From: Prorocentrum cordatum
Lineage: Eukaryota
Length of the DNA: 64,000 nucleotides
NCBI GenBank assembly: GCA_963575745.1
Contig: CAUYUJ010000103.1
Span: forward strand, 186,001 to 250,000
Reading direction: 5' to 3'
In this document: piece by piece, positions 47,547 to 59,319 of the stretch
Numbering within the stretch: the first letter of the stretch is position 1
How the letters are laid out: the number at the start of each line of letters is the position of its first letter
Translations under genes and position numbers: made by a program
Notes under the pieces: model-generated
What the model was told of the DNA's origin: nothing
What the model saw: the letters and a program-made list of their open reading frames with translations, nothing else
The model's database searches: none

Positions 47547-49879
47547 GGAGTGTGCCCCTCGCGGGTGGTGTTGAATGGGCGGGAACTTTCGCGTTTCTCT
47601 TCCGGCTGGTCCAGGGGCGGCGTCGTGCGCGGTCGAAATGCACAGTTCGTGTCTCCAACTGTGCATTTGTTGCGCGCCTCTCGCTGGAGTGGTCACTGGG
47701 CGGGAGTTTCCGCGGGTCTCCCGGCTGGTCCAGGAGGGGGCCGTGGTCTGGGCGCGCAGAGGCGCGGGGGGGTGGGGATGGTGGGCTGTGGGAAGGAAGG
47801 GGTTCGACAGGAGGGGTGGCCGAGGGGCCAAGGATGAACGGGGCTGGACGAGAGCGGAGGAAGAGGGCCCAGGAGGATCTGCACCATCGGCGTCAGCATC
47901 ACGAGGGCGAGGGAGGTGGGGGGGGCAGAAGTTGGGGGCATGATGTGCACTAAGGCGTAGAGGATGGGAGGAGGACAGGCATGTGGACGATGGGGGAACG
48001 AATCCGGCGCAGGAGGACGACGAGGAACGACGTGAATTGACACAGGGGGGTGCAGTGTGGATGAAAGGCATGATGAGGACCGAGGCAATCGGAGGGGCAT
48101 GAGGAGGGTGGGGCCGCAGCGAAGGGATATTTGGAAGAGGCGGGGGATGGGGCATGAGTTCGAGGCGGGCGCCAGCTAACGATTAGCTGAACAGTGTTTT
48201 GCGTGTCCGCGCACCCCCAGAGCACAGTGACTGATTGCAGAACTTCATGATATGGGTAATCGTGCGCTTCGTGCATCCAGGCCAAAGGCTCGAGTCCGCG
48301 ACGCCCCTTGGCGTCGCGATGATGCCGCCCCGATCTGCCAGACCGCATATGCACAGATACGCAGAATATGTGTTGCAACGTTTGTGCCATGACCCTCTCT
48401 ATACTAACAGACCCACGTTGGAACCCAACCCTCGGTTCGGTTTCGGAGGCAGCCGTGGAACGCGGCGCGACCCGCGGCGCGCTTTCTTCGCCCCGAGGGA
48501 CTGGGGCGAGACGCGCATGACTTCTCGAGGGAAGCCCTGCCAGGTCCGCCATCTCGAGGACCCGGTCTCTGAGGGTCCGACCTGGGGCGCCCGCGAAGCG
48601 ACGGGGGCCCTGGGCCGCGTCGGGGCCGTCGTCGCGCCCGGCGCGCCCGGCCCGCTCGGGCGAGTCAAGCTACCGAATGTTGGGCGAAGGTTTCCACGGA
48701 GGGGTCGGCTGTGCCGAGGTCCCAGAGTTCAGATGTCCGGGGGTGCTTGGCAAGTGCGAGAAACCTGTTTGCTTGGCGTGCTCGATGAGCTGTCCGCCAT
48801 GCGACCGAAGCTTTTCGTGCCCCGGCTGCCGGGTGCCATGCGCGCGCGACTGCGCGGCCGAGAACGGGGGGGATGCAAGACATGAAGCGCGCGAGCATGA
48901 TGGGGGATCGGGGCAGGGAGACGCGGAAGCCCATAACTTCAGCAGGGGGCGGCCGCGAGGCAACAGATAGATGAGGGTCGCCAGGCCGCGACCCGGGCCC
49001 CGGGGCAACCTGGTGAACGCCCGCGCCTTATCATGACCGAACGATTTGAATAAGGCCAACGTCGAGATGAAGCATTGTGACTGACCCGCTCGAGGCAGCA
49101 GAGGCAGCTGAAAAGCTGGCGACCGCCTCGGCGGATGACATGGCCGAGGGGGCGCGCTCGCTGTCCGGAGGGCCAGCCAATGCTTGTCAACGGTCGTGGA
49201 TCCAATTGCCGCCGAGTTGACGGCTGCCGCGGCACGCTGCGCAGCGTTGACGTCAGAGGCCAACGTTGGAACCCAGGGGGCGGCCGCTGGCAGGAGGGCG
49301 GCCATCGAAGCGGCGCGGCGCGCCGCCGATGAGAGCAGCGCGGCTGCGTCGGGCCCGCAGCGAAGTCAATGGTTCTCGACGGCGGGGGCGCGCCGCCGCC
49401 GCGGGGTCAAGCGCGACGCCTGCGCGCGCGATCGCTGGGGCCAGGGGGGCCCGCTGAGAATTCGGGGGGCGGGGCAGGAAGCCAATGCCCGGTCGGGCGG
49501 TGCATCTCGCAGCGCGGAGATGGCTGCGACTCAGACGCTCGAACAATGGGAAGTGCAACGCGAGGCAGGGCATCGCGAACTGTCGGAGCAACGCGCGCGA
49601 AGAGAGAAAGCGCCCGGGAAGGAGCGGGCAGCGCCGGCCAAAACGCCGAGCGGGGGCGCTGGTTCACGCTAGGCAGTGCGCCGGCCTGTCCACTTCGCGA
49701 CTGGCGCCGGTTCGTTATGGCGTTTTGTCTGTGCAAAGGGCGCCGTTCGCGAGCGCCCGTGCTCGGCGAGCGAATTGCATGGGGCCGCTTCAGCCGGGGG
49801 GCGGGGCAGGCGCGCGACCTGCTTAGCCGCGCCAGCTCAAAGGGGACAGGGGGCAGAAGGAAGGGCAGGGGGGGTGCGC

Positions 49880-51200
49880 GTGAGATGAGGATGGGGGTGG
49901 AAGAGCGCGTTGCCGCCCAGACATCGCCGGTTGCCAGGCCATTTGACTGTCGACCCAGCGCGGGGAAACCCCGCGACGATGCCGCCGCTTCCACGGAGCA
50001 GAGGACAGAGAATGAGGCCGCTCGACGCCTCGTGGCGCTCGAGGGCAGCGCCATTGCCGATCGCCAGAAAATGGTTTCAATGTTCCGCGAAGCAGAAATC
50101 AACGCGGAACGCCGCGCTGCAGCCGACGCGCAGAGAGGGGGGCGGCGCGCTGAGAAACAGGCCGAGGCTGGGCTGCTCGCCGAAACATGGGAGATGGAGA
50201 GACAGGAAAGGCCAGGGGAGATGACGAGCGCCTCAGAAATGGCGGGCGCTAGATGAGCGGCGCGCAGGCAGAGCCTGTCGCGAGGCCCCTGGGCTATTCT
50301 CCTCCTGGCCCTCGAGCCCAGAGGTGGCGACGGTGGCGATTGTGGTGCGTTCGAAGGGGGGGGGGGTCCGTTGATTCCGCCCGCGGAGATGCGGCCCCCG
50401 CCAGGAGGAGGAATTATTCGGCCCGCCTGGCGACGGCGGAAGTGATTCCGATGGCGATTCGGACACTGGGGCGATGGCGGCGACGAGCGTCGCGGGCGCT
50501 GTGGCCCGCCGGGTGGCGACCCTCCGCCGGGTGACGGATGCCCCCCGGGGCGGCGTTCTGTGGGCGGCAGGCGGATGGCCAGACATGGAAGAGACGGACG
50601 ATATTCACCTTAATGCCATCCCTGATTCCAGCGGGTCCAGGAAATGGGCGAGGAACGTTATGCGAGTGGTCTCGTCCAGCTCCACGCAGTGGGTTAGAGC
50701 GACTTAATGCGCGTTGCCTTGCAATGACAGAGGTCCACATTGAAGACTCCGGCGACCCCGGCGCATTCGGAAGGCTCGACTTAATGATTGCCTCGGGCCC
50801 ATTGTCCAAAGCCAACGAGACCGCAAGGGGCACGGAGGCGCCCCCTCCTATGAGACGCATGAGCAGCGAATTCGACCGCGCCTGGGCTCCAAGCGTGCTT
50901 TCGGGTCGCGCTATTCTGCGGACCATTGCCGCGCGCCTAACCGCCCGCCAGCGTCGCGGTCAGGCGCATTGCGCGCCGGTGCTCGATGGAAATCGCGGTC
51001 CGAGGTTCGGGCAGCAAGCAAACGGCGACTTATTTAATTTCCTTGACGAGTGGATGGGAGATAGTGCGCAGGATAGATGCGCCGCGCAGGTCGTTCCGAA
51101 CCGGGTGCGTCGACGACTCTTGCCGCCCGTGGGCGCGGCGGCGACGAGACCGCCAAGGGCGGGGTGTCTTTATCCTCTCGCTCGGGCGGTTCAGCATGCA
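49880..51200 (+). pseudogene. Heavily decayed gag-like ORF, probably from a Ty1/copia-type LTR element
   Basis: Coiled coil followed by EETDDIHLNAIP..RKW..V..SS, D.G.FGRLD..IAS and LSGRAIL, a pattern recalled from dinoflagellate LTR gag proteins. Confidence 0.5.
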
Positions 51201-51900
51201 AAAAAAAAAAGTTAGGGCGTGCGTTTCATTTGCATTATGATTTCTTTATTGTGGTTTTGGACAGAAAGTGAAGGAAACTAATATATGTTAGGTTCGCTGG
51301 GGGGGGGGGCGATGAGAAGCGAGCGGAAATTGAGAAGGGAGGGGGAGGGCGGAGGGGGGAGGTGGAGGACATTGGTTGCACCCAGCGGCTAAGTTCACGT
51401 GATCCCGAGGGCTCTGGTCGTGAACGCGCACCGAAAACAAAGGCCCTTGGCACCGAACAGTATGGATTTCGAAGCCTCGGGGCCCTAACTTCGACGTCGA
51501 ACAGCCTTGTGACTTTCTTTCGAACGCTCCACATCGGCTCTCTCTCGGCACGTGTCGGGCTGGAGGGCGGTGCATTTGGTTGCGCCACCCCGTGGCAATG
51601 CACTCGTGCATTGCCTCGCTCAAGTCGAGGGCGCACCAAGGCCTACAACCCGCATGCCCGGTGCCCGAGTGCCCTGGACGAGCGAAAGAGACCTTCTTAA
51701 AGAGAACCAAGCAACGAAACAAAATGCCAAAACGAGGTGATGATGTACAGTGCGCTCAGTGCGCTGGCGATTGCTATGACGAGACTTCACATCGTTGAGC
51801 TATTCCTGCGTCTGTGTTCCCCCCATCCTCCTCCCACGTTCCCCTGTTCTCCCCCCTCTCATCCTTCTCCTTCCTCCCTCCCTCAAAGCAGCGTCAAAGC

Positions 51901-54900
51901 TCAAGACGTGCCAAAAATCCGCGCCGACGCCGTCCTGCCCGAGACAACCTCGCCTGGGGAGTTGGCCTCCGTCCACTCGAAGGCCTTGCGACGAAGAGTC
52001 TCGCCTGCTTTGAGGGGGCGGTTGGCTTTCAAGAAAGGCCTCTCGAAAGTGAAAACCTCGGCAGTCGAGTCGACCTCGACATCAAATTGCACGGTCTCGA
52101 ATTCGACAGAGTGCGTGTGAGAAAGCTTCTTGCGATTGCCAGCCTTCTCCGGCTGTGGTATTGCTGAGGGTGCTGCCTGCTGCGCCTGCTGCGCCTTGGC
52201 AGCGGAGGCGCCCTTGCGCTTCTTGCTGGGCGGCTGGGCACCGCTGCTGCTGCCAGCTGCGCATGCGCCAGCCTCAGGGTTGGCCGCGCTGTTCACCAAG
52301 GGGGCAGCATCGGGGTTGGTCTCACCGTCCAGGTCGTCCTTGATCATCGGGAGCATCCATGCGACGCATGCGTCTGGAACCAAAGGGTTGAGGACCTTCG
52401 AGCCATCCAGGAACAAACTCAAACCGTTGCTTGTCCCCAGTGGAAGCAGAGTGCCACGCGGAAGGCTCCTCGCAGCGATCGCATCTACCACCCTGCCCCA
52501 ACAAACGAACTCGGGAGCCTCCGTGGTCGTTGCGTCTGCCGCAAGACGAGCTGTCAAGGTCCCCGCGCTCTTCGTCCTGGAAAAGTCAATCAGCACGTCG
52601 CGGAGAAAGCGGCCTTGCAGTCCGTCAGCGGGTGGCATGAAATGGCCCTGCACAGAGGCGATCACCCGCGCCTTCGTCGCGCTGGCCATGGCAAGGTGGT
52701 CGGGCCCGTTGGATTTCAGCTCCTCTCAAATTTTGGAAGAAAGGCGGGGGGGGGGGAAGTGAGGGCGAGAATGAAGCTGATGTCATTAATATTGTATGTT
52801 AGTTTCGAGCGGTCCTCATCGGTGAGCATGCTGATCCACTGCGTGACCCCCAGGCTGGTCAGGTTGAAGTCGCCCTGGGGAATGCCCTTGCCGTCGCCGA
52901 CGGCGATGGGGACTGGTTCCTCGGCAGTCTTGGTTGGAGTAGTCGTCTGCCCCGCAGTCGGTGCCACGACCGCCGCTGTTGCCGCCGCAGTTGTAGCGGT
53001 GGCGCTTGCCTTGGTCAGCTGGTCGCGCAGGATCGTCACCTTGTCGCCAACGTTGCCGACGAGGATCGTGGCTGCCAAGGTCGTGTCGGCACACTTCTTT
53101 TGAACAACAGTCATGACATCCTCTACCAGCGCAGCTTTCACATACGAGAAGATTCCCATGGATGGCGGCACCCCGATATTCTGCAAGCCCTGTGACACGA
53201 CGAACTCCTTCATCAGCGCATGAGTGGAGCCCTGCAGCTTCCCCCTCAGGCCCGCGACGAGCGCGTGATGCGCCTTCGCCTTGGCCGGGCAAACCTTGTC
53301 CACCGTCACCGCCAGTTCAGCAAACGCCTCCAGATATATGCCGCATCTTCCACGTCAGCTGGCCTCCTCCTCAGGAGGGGGCTGGCTAACGTGGTTGTGG
53401 TGACATATATATGGCACTGGCAGCCTTGCTGAAACAGTCGCCGAAGACAGCCATGGACACGTCGCCGTCGATGGCCTTGGTGATGATCTTGATATCGATG
53501 GGCTCCTGCGCTCCGCACCGCTGGCTCTCGATGGACTCCGCGATCTTCTTGAAGACGTCCTGCGCAGACAGCAAGCCAAACATGTATTTCGGAGTGCCGT
53601 TGAGGGGGGCCTGCATCGTAGATAACGTGCTGCGCACTGCGAAGAACGTGTTCAGCCTGACCATGTTCAGCTTCTTGCGGCCGGTGGCCCCGATCACGCC
53701 CATCTCTCCGCGCGTCTTCCTCAGAAGCTCCGCGTCGGCATAGTCGCTCCTGGTTGAAACAGTTGTCAAAGCAAATTTGAATTCCGACAATTGTCCAACG
53801 TTTATCATTATCTCGTCGAACGCCAACGGCATCTCATCCATGACGGCAGTGACCACGCGCTTCGTGGCCTCCTCGATCAGCTCACGTTGGCTATCTGGAG
53901 TTCCAGACTTGCCCTCTGCACCACCGCATGCTCCAATCATAGACGTGTAGACCTTGCTCGTAATCCCGCAGACTGCCATGTGCAACTGGATCGGCTTGTC
54001 GATCGGGTTCACCATCAGGTAGGACTTCATGCGGGCCGCCGAACCGTTGTCCTGCAAGGTCTTGAAGGTGTCCAAGAGCGTCTCGTCAGTCTTCTCCTCC
54101 AGAGGCGCCTTGCTGGGCGACTGCAAGCTGGCTGTCGTCCCCTGCGTCGGCGTAGTAGATCTCAAGGTCGCTGGGCTTCTTTGTCGTGCCAGATGCTTTG
54201 AATGCAGCGTTGATGATGTGGCGCTTCATCGCGGTGTATCTGCTGATCGTCCTCGCTGGGGTGTTGCCATTCCCTGGAACTTGTACCTCTCCCTGCAGCT
54301 GGCAGAAGCACAGGATCGACGAGTGTGCGTTCAGGTTGTCCTGGGGGGCGCTCAGCTTGTGCTTGAGCACCGCGGTGAACTGGATCACGTCACTCAGGAA
54401 AGACACGTCGTTGTCCCCATCCGATGCGCACGCGCACCCCGCAGAGACCTTCGCCTTCATAGTCGCGCTGTCGGCCATGCTCGCCAGTAAGTTCCTCACC
54501 ATGGCCTCTGACAGCTTTCGCAACTTGCCCTGCGGAATGCCATCTGGCAGCGCTGGGCACGCCCCGAGGGGTTCAGATTCGAGGCGCGGGATCACGAGGG
54601 CAATGACAGGAACGACGAAGTCGGGATAAGTAGAGCACAGCACCTTGCAAATGCAACTGATGTTCTGGATGACCGCGTTCGTGTCCTTCATGTACTCATG
54701 CATGTAGTCAGCCTTTGTCTCGAAATAAGATACCATCTGATCCCAAACTGAAATGCCTGCTGATGTCATCGTTGTCTGCAAAAGGTTGTAGGCGTTGGTC
54801 GTCGCGTCGAGCGCGTTCTGTGAGCGCCAGCGGCCAGATAATACAGCGTTGGCATAGGCATGCCTGCGAGCGTAGAGCGTAAGCGCCCCGCCACAACCGT

Positions 54901-55636
54901 CACCAGTAGCAGTTACCTTTTCCTTCTGGATTGCCCATCCAGAAAGAATCGTCTCGGTAGACATGAACACCTGGAGCACCGTAACCACCAAAGTGCTGGC
55001 GTTGGTGGCGTTGCCTAGCTCGATGACGTAGTCTTTCACATCGTCTGGTAAATTCGGGTCGAACTCCACAGCAGAGTCACAACCAGCCTCGAGAGCGATC
55101 CAAACCGTCCTGTTTTTCTTGTGGGGATCTTTCTCCATCGCCATCTTGGCACCTTCAAGCAAGCTTGCCCAGTGTAGAACAGTCCATTGATTCTCGCCTG
55201 CTGGAATTACCCATGGCCCCTTACGGACCTTGCATATGCCAATCGTCTCAACTGACTTGCACCTGTCCAAGACTGTCGCCATATTGTACCTATGTTTCTG
55301 TTTTTGAAGAAGAAATCGAACGCTTAAGGACGCATTAATCATTAACCGTGTGTGTGTCCTTAAGCGTCCGTTTTCTTCGGGGCACCTCCTGTTGGCAGGG
55401 CCCCTGGTCATGGTGAACTTGCCCTCGTGCACGAGGGGCAGCCATCGGGGTTGACGCGCGCGCAGCCTGAACACTGGATTCTCAAGCTCGGGGCCCGCAA
55501 CGTAGCCGACGAACCTGTCGTATATCGTCGGAAACCTCGCACGATCGTTCAGGAACAACGTGGACGGGTCTGCAATCTTGGGCTCGGGCTCCTTGGGCAC
55601 GAGCGCCATGTCGCCATGGGAGCTGGCAGCTGCCAT
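51901..55636 (-). CDS. Large intronless hypothetical protein (~1240 aa) with four small frameshifts; possible ParB-like N-terminal and SET-like C-terminal regions
   Basis: Abutting ORFs 54086-55636, 53386-54165, 52716-53309 and 51901-52689 with coding-like GC3; C-terminal FLKANRPLKAGETLRR. Confidence 0.7.
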
Positions 55637-56452
55637 CGCTGGGAGTAGCCTGGCGGAAGCAAGCGTTCGCAGGACAAAACAAGGACTGGATATGAGAGAG
55701 AATGTGGGCGACGATGGCAGGGGAGGAGAGGGGGAGAAAGAAAGGGGCAGAGGACTTGGCAAGGGCAGGGGAATGGAGGGGGGAGGGTGGGAGGATAGGA
55801 TAAGCGGACAAGAAACGGCTGACAGGGAACGTCATGGGAAGGCCACCACAGGCCACTCATCTCAGGGGTTCCAGGGCCAGCGCTCGGAGGACGAGGGCCA
55901 AGGTCGAGCAGGGCCGCGAAACTGCCTCCAAGGGTCTCGCCACAAGGGGGGGGGGTGAAAAAATAATGGCGCGGGGAGACGGGCAAACATTTGCACTGAG
56001 AGCTCACCCCCTGCCGCGAACCACCGGCCGTTGGCTGCCGGCGCCCTGGCCCCTGCGGCCTCGGCGCCGCGGAGGCCCCGAGAGGCGGGGCGGACGAGGG
56101 GAACGGGGCGGGGTGGGAGAGGCGGGGGGGGGGGCGGGGGGAATTTTTCGGAGCGCCTTCCCCCACTCCTCCTCCTCCCCCCCCCCCTCCCCCCCCTCCC
56201 ACCCCCCGCCCCTTCCCCGCCCCCCCCGCCCCTCGCCCCCCGCCCCCCCCCCCCCCTCCCCTTCCCGCTTCCCGCGCACCCCGCCCACCCCCCCTGGCGC
56301 TTCGAATTTTGTGCCCGCCCCCCCCCGCCCCCCCCTGGCGCTTCGAATTTTTCTGCGCGCCCCCCCCCCCTTTTTGGGCCCCTCTCTCCCCCCCCCCCCT
56401 TCTGGGCACCCCTCCTTCCCCCGCCCGTCCCCCGTTGTTTCTGGCGCTCCGA

Positions 56453-56493
<41 letters not shown>

Positions 56494-56683
56494 AGGACCC
56501 CCATCCCCCCGGGGTCGCGAGGTCGTCGAACCCCTCCGAACGGCCGCCCCGCAGCTCTCAGGGAGGGGTCGGCAGCGCTGCGCGGCGCCGCAGGGGGTCC
56601 GTCTAGAGCGGACCCAAGACTCACGATACCTTAAAGCATCAAAGGTAGACATCATAATAATCCAACGCGAATCGAAGCGGATA

Positions 56684-56853
56684 TTAGAAAAATTCTGAGC
56701 GACCCGATGCGGAGTTTAGAAAAATTCTAAGGCCACTTGGCTGTACTAAGAAACAATATATAAAGATCAAGTACCTTAGAAAAATTCTAACATCCACCTC
56801 AAGCACCTTAGAAAAATCCAACATTCACCTCAAGACGCTTAGAATTTTCCCAA
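56684..56853. repeat. ~31-32 bp tandem array of the palindromic site TTAGAA-N3-TTCTAA
   Basis: Copies at 56684, 56716, 56776, 56808 and 56839. Confidence 0.8.
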
Positions 56854-57294
56854 TATCCTCCTCTGTGAGCTTGCTATTTTCAAGGGTCAGACTGCCGTTG
56901 CCTTTCTGATCTCGCAGCGTTTGGGGTAGGCCCACGGCGGCAAGTCCGCTCGCAGACGCGGACGTTCACCGTTGTGGGCGGGCACGAATCGGCCACGGTT
57001 GCGCGTAGGTCGCGCGCGCGGCAGTGCGACGCGACCGCGGCCTCGCTGCGCAGGCGCGGGCCATCGCGCCGTCGCGCGCCAGGGTTGCGCGTCGCGGGGG
57101 GGGGGTCGCTGCCCCGCGGCGCGTGCGCTTCGCAGGTGATTTGCTAGCGCCGGGGTTGCGTCGCCGCGGGGGGGGGTCGCTGCCCCCGCGGCGCGTGCGC
57201 TTCGCAGGCGATTTGCATTTGGAGGAGGCGCCGCGCGCGCGCCCCGCGCGCGCGCGCGGCGGGTGCCTCCCTGGCGCGCTATCTTTCTCTTCTT

Positions 57295-57665
<371 letters not shown>

Positions 57666-58439
57666 CGCGCGCGCCGCGCGCGCGCTCGCGCCGCCGCCGC
57701 TCCATCGGCGGGCCGCCCTCCCTCTCGCGCAGGTTCCTTTCCCCCTCTGCCCCGCAGATTGGCCGCATGCAGGAATTGGGCCGCGCGCCGCGCTCGGGAT
57801 TTGAGCGTGGGGCGCGCCGCGCGCGCGCGCGCCGCCGCCGTCGTTCGCGGGCTCCTCCTCTCCTCCTCTCCTCGCGGGTCGCCTCGTCTCTCTCTCGCTC
57901 TCTCCTGCTTGCCTGCCCTCCGTGCTCGTCCCTCGTGGCCTGTTCGCTCCCCCGCTGCTCGCTTGTGCTCGTTGCCCCTCGTGCCCTGCTCGTGCGCCGT
58001 GGCTGCCCCTGCCCTTCGCTCGCCTGCGCGCCCTTGTGTTTGCTCGTCGCCGCGTTCTTTTTCGCGTCCGCCTTTGTCGTCGCCTTGTCGCCCTCGCGTT
58101 CGGCTGTCCCTGTTGCCTCGCGTGGGGTCGTCCTAGCTTGTGCTTGTCGGCGTGCTTGCTCGCTCGCTCGGCGTCCCGCTTGCCTCGCTTTTCCCGTCGC
58201 CGTCGCCCCTGCGCGCCCCCTTTGCTTTCCCTTCCGCCGCCTGCCGCTTGGCGCCTGCCTTGCTGCTTCTGCCTTCGTGCCTGGCGGTTGCCTGCTTGCC
58301 TGCCTGCTCCCTCGTCGTTTTGCCGGTGGCTCGTCTCTCTTGGGCGCTGGCCCTCGCTGGCGCGGGCCTCGTGGGCACTTCGCTCGCGTCGCCTTGGCCT
58401 TTCGGCCAGGCTGCGTGCCAGGCTCGCGGCAAGGGCGCC

Positions 58440-59210
58440 CCTGGTCTCGGGCAAGGCGCAGGCCCCAGGGCAAAGTTCGCGCGGGGGAGGGCGCAGGCCT
58501 TAGGATCCCTGCGTTTTGGGTCGGGCGCTGGCCCCAGGACCCGATCGTGCGTAAGGGGGAGGGCGCATCCCGTTGATCCCTGTCTTGGGTAGGGCGCAGG
58601 CCCCATGGCCCGATGGTGCGAAGGGGGGAGGGCGCATCCCGTAGATCCCTGTCTTGGGTAGGGCGCAGGCCCCAGGGCCCAGTGGTGCGAAAGGGGGAGG
58701 GCGCATCCCGTTGATCCCTGTGTGTCGGGTAGGGCGCAGGCCCCAGGACCCAACTGTGCGAAGGGGGGAGGGCGCATCCCGTTGATCCCTGTGTGTCGGG
58801 TAGGGCGCAGGCCCCAGGACCCCGTCTTGCTGGGCACCGCTCTCCTCGTGGGTCGGCCCGCGGGCCTTGTCTCAGGCAGGGCGCTGGCTTCTGGCTCCTC
58901 GTCTTGTGTGGGGGAGGGCGCTGGCCCCTGGTACCGTGTCTTGGGTGGGGCGCAGGCACCGGGGCCCAATCGTGCGAAAGGGGGAGGGCGCATCCCGTTG
59001 ATCCCTGTCTTGGGTGGGGCGCAGGCCCCAGGACCCATTTGTGCAAAGGGGGAGGGCGCATCCCGTTGATCCCTGTGTCGGGTAGGGCGCAGGCCCCAAG
59101 ACCCCGCCTGGCTGGGCTCTGGCTTCTTCTTGGGAGAGCTCCCGGGCCTTCTCTTGGGTTGGGCGCAGGCCCCTGGTCTTCCCCCTCTCGTGAGGGGCGC
59201 AGGCCTGGTC
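58440..59210. repeat. ~60-70 bp minisatellite (GGGCGCAGGCCCC..GGGGAGGGCGCATCCCGTTGATCCCTG)
   Basis: Repeated units immediately upstream of the gag-like gene. Confidence 0.88.
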
Positions 59211-59319
59211 GCCACCTCTTGGGGCCCCGCGCAGTCTCCGTCCTGCGCGCGCTCGCACCGGCAGCTCGCCGAGTTCGGGCGCCCAAGCTGTCTCGCGCCG
59301 CGCGGCACCGCTCTTCGCG

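Noticed and set aside
48150..49300. Second decayed DIRS-like RT on the minus strand (HDKARAFTRLP)
   Set aside because: No convincing PFG or YxDD motifs; too degraded to call.
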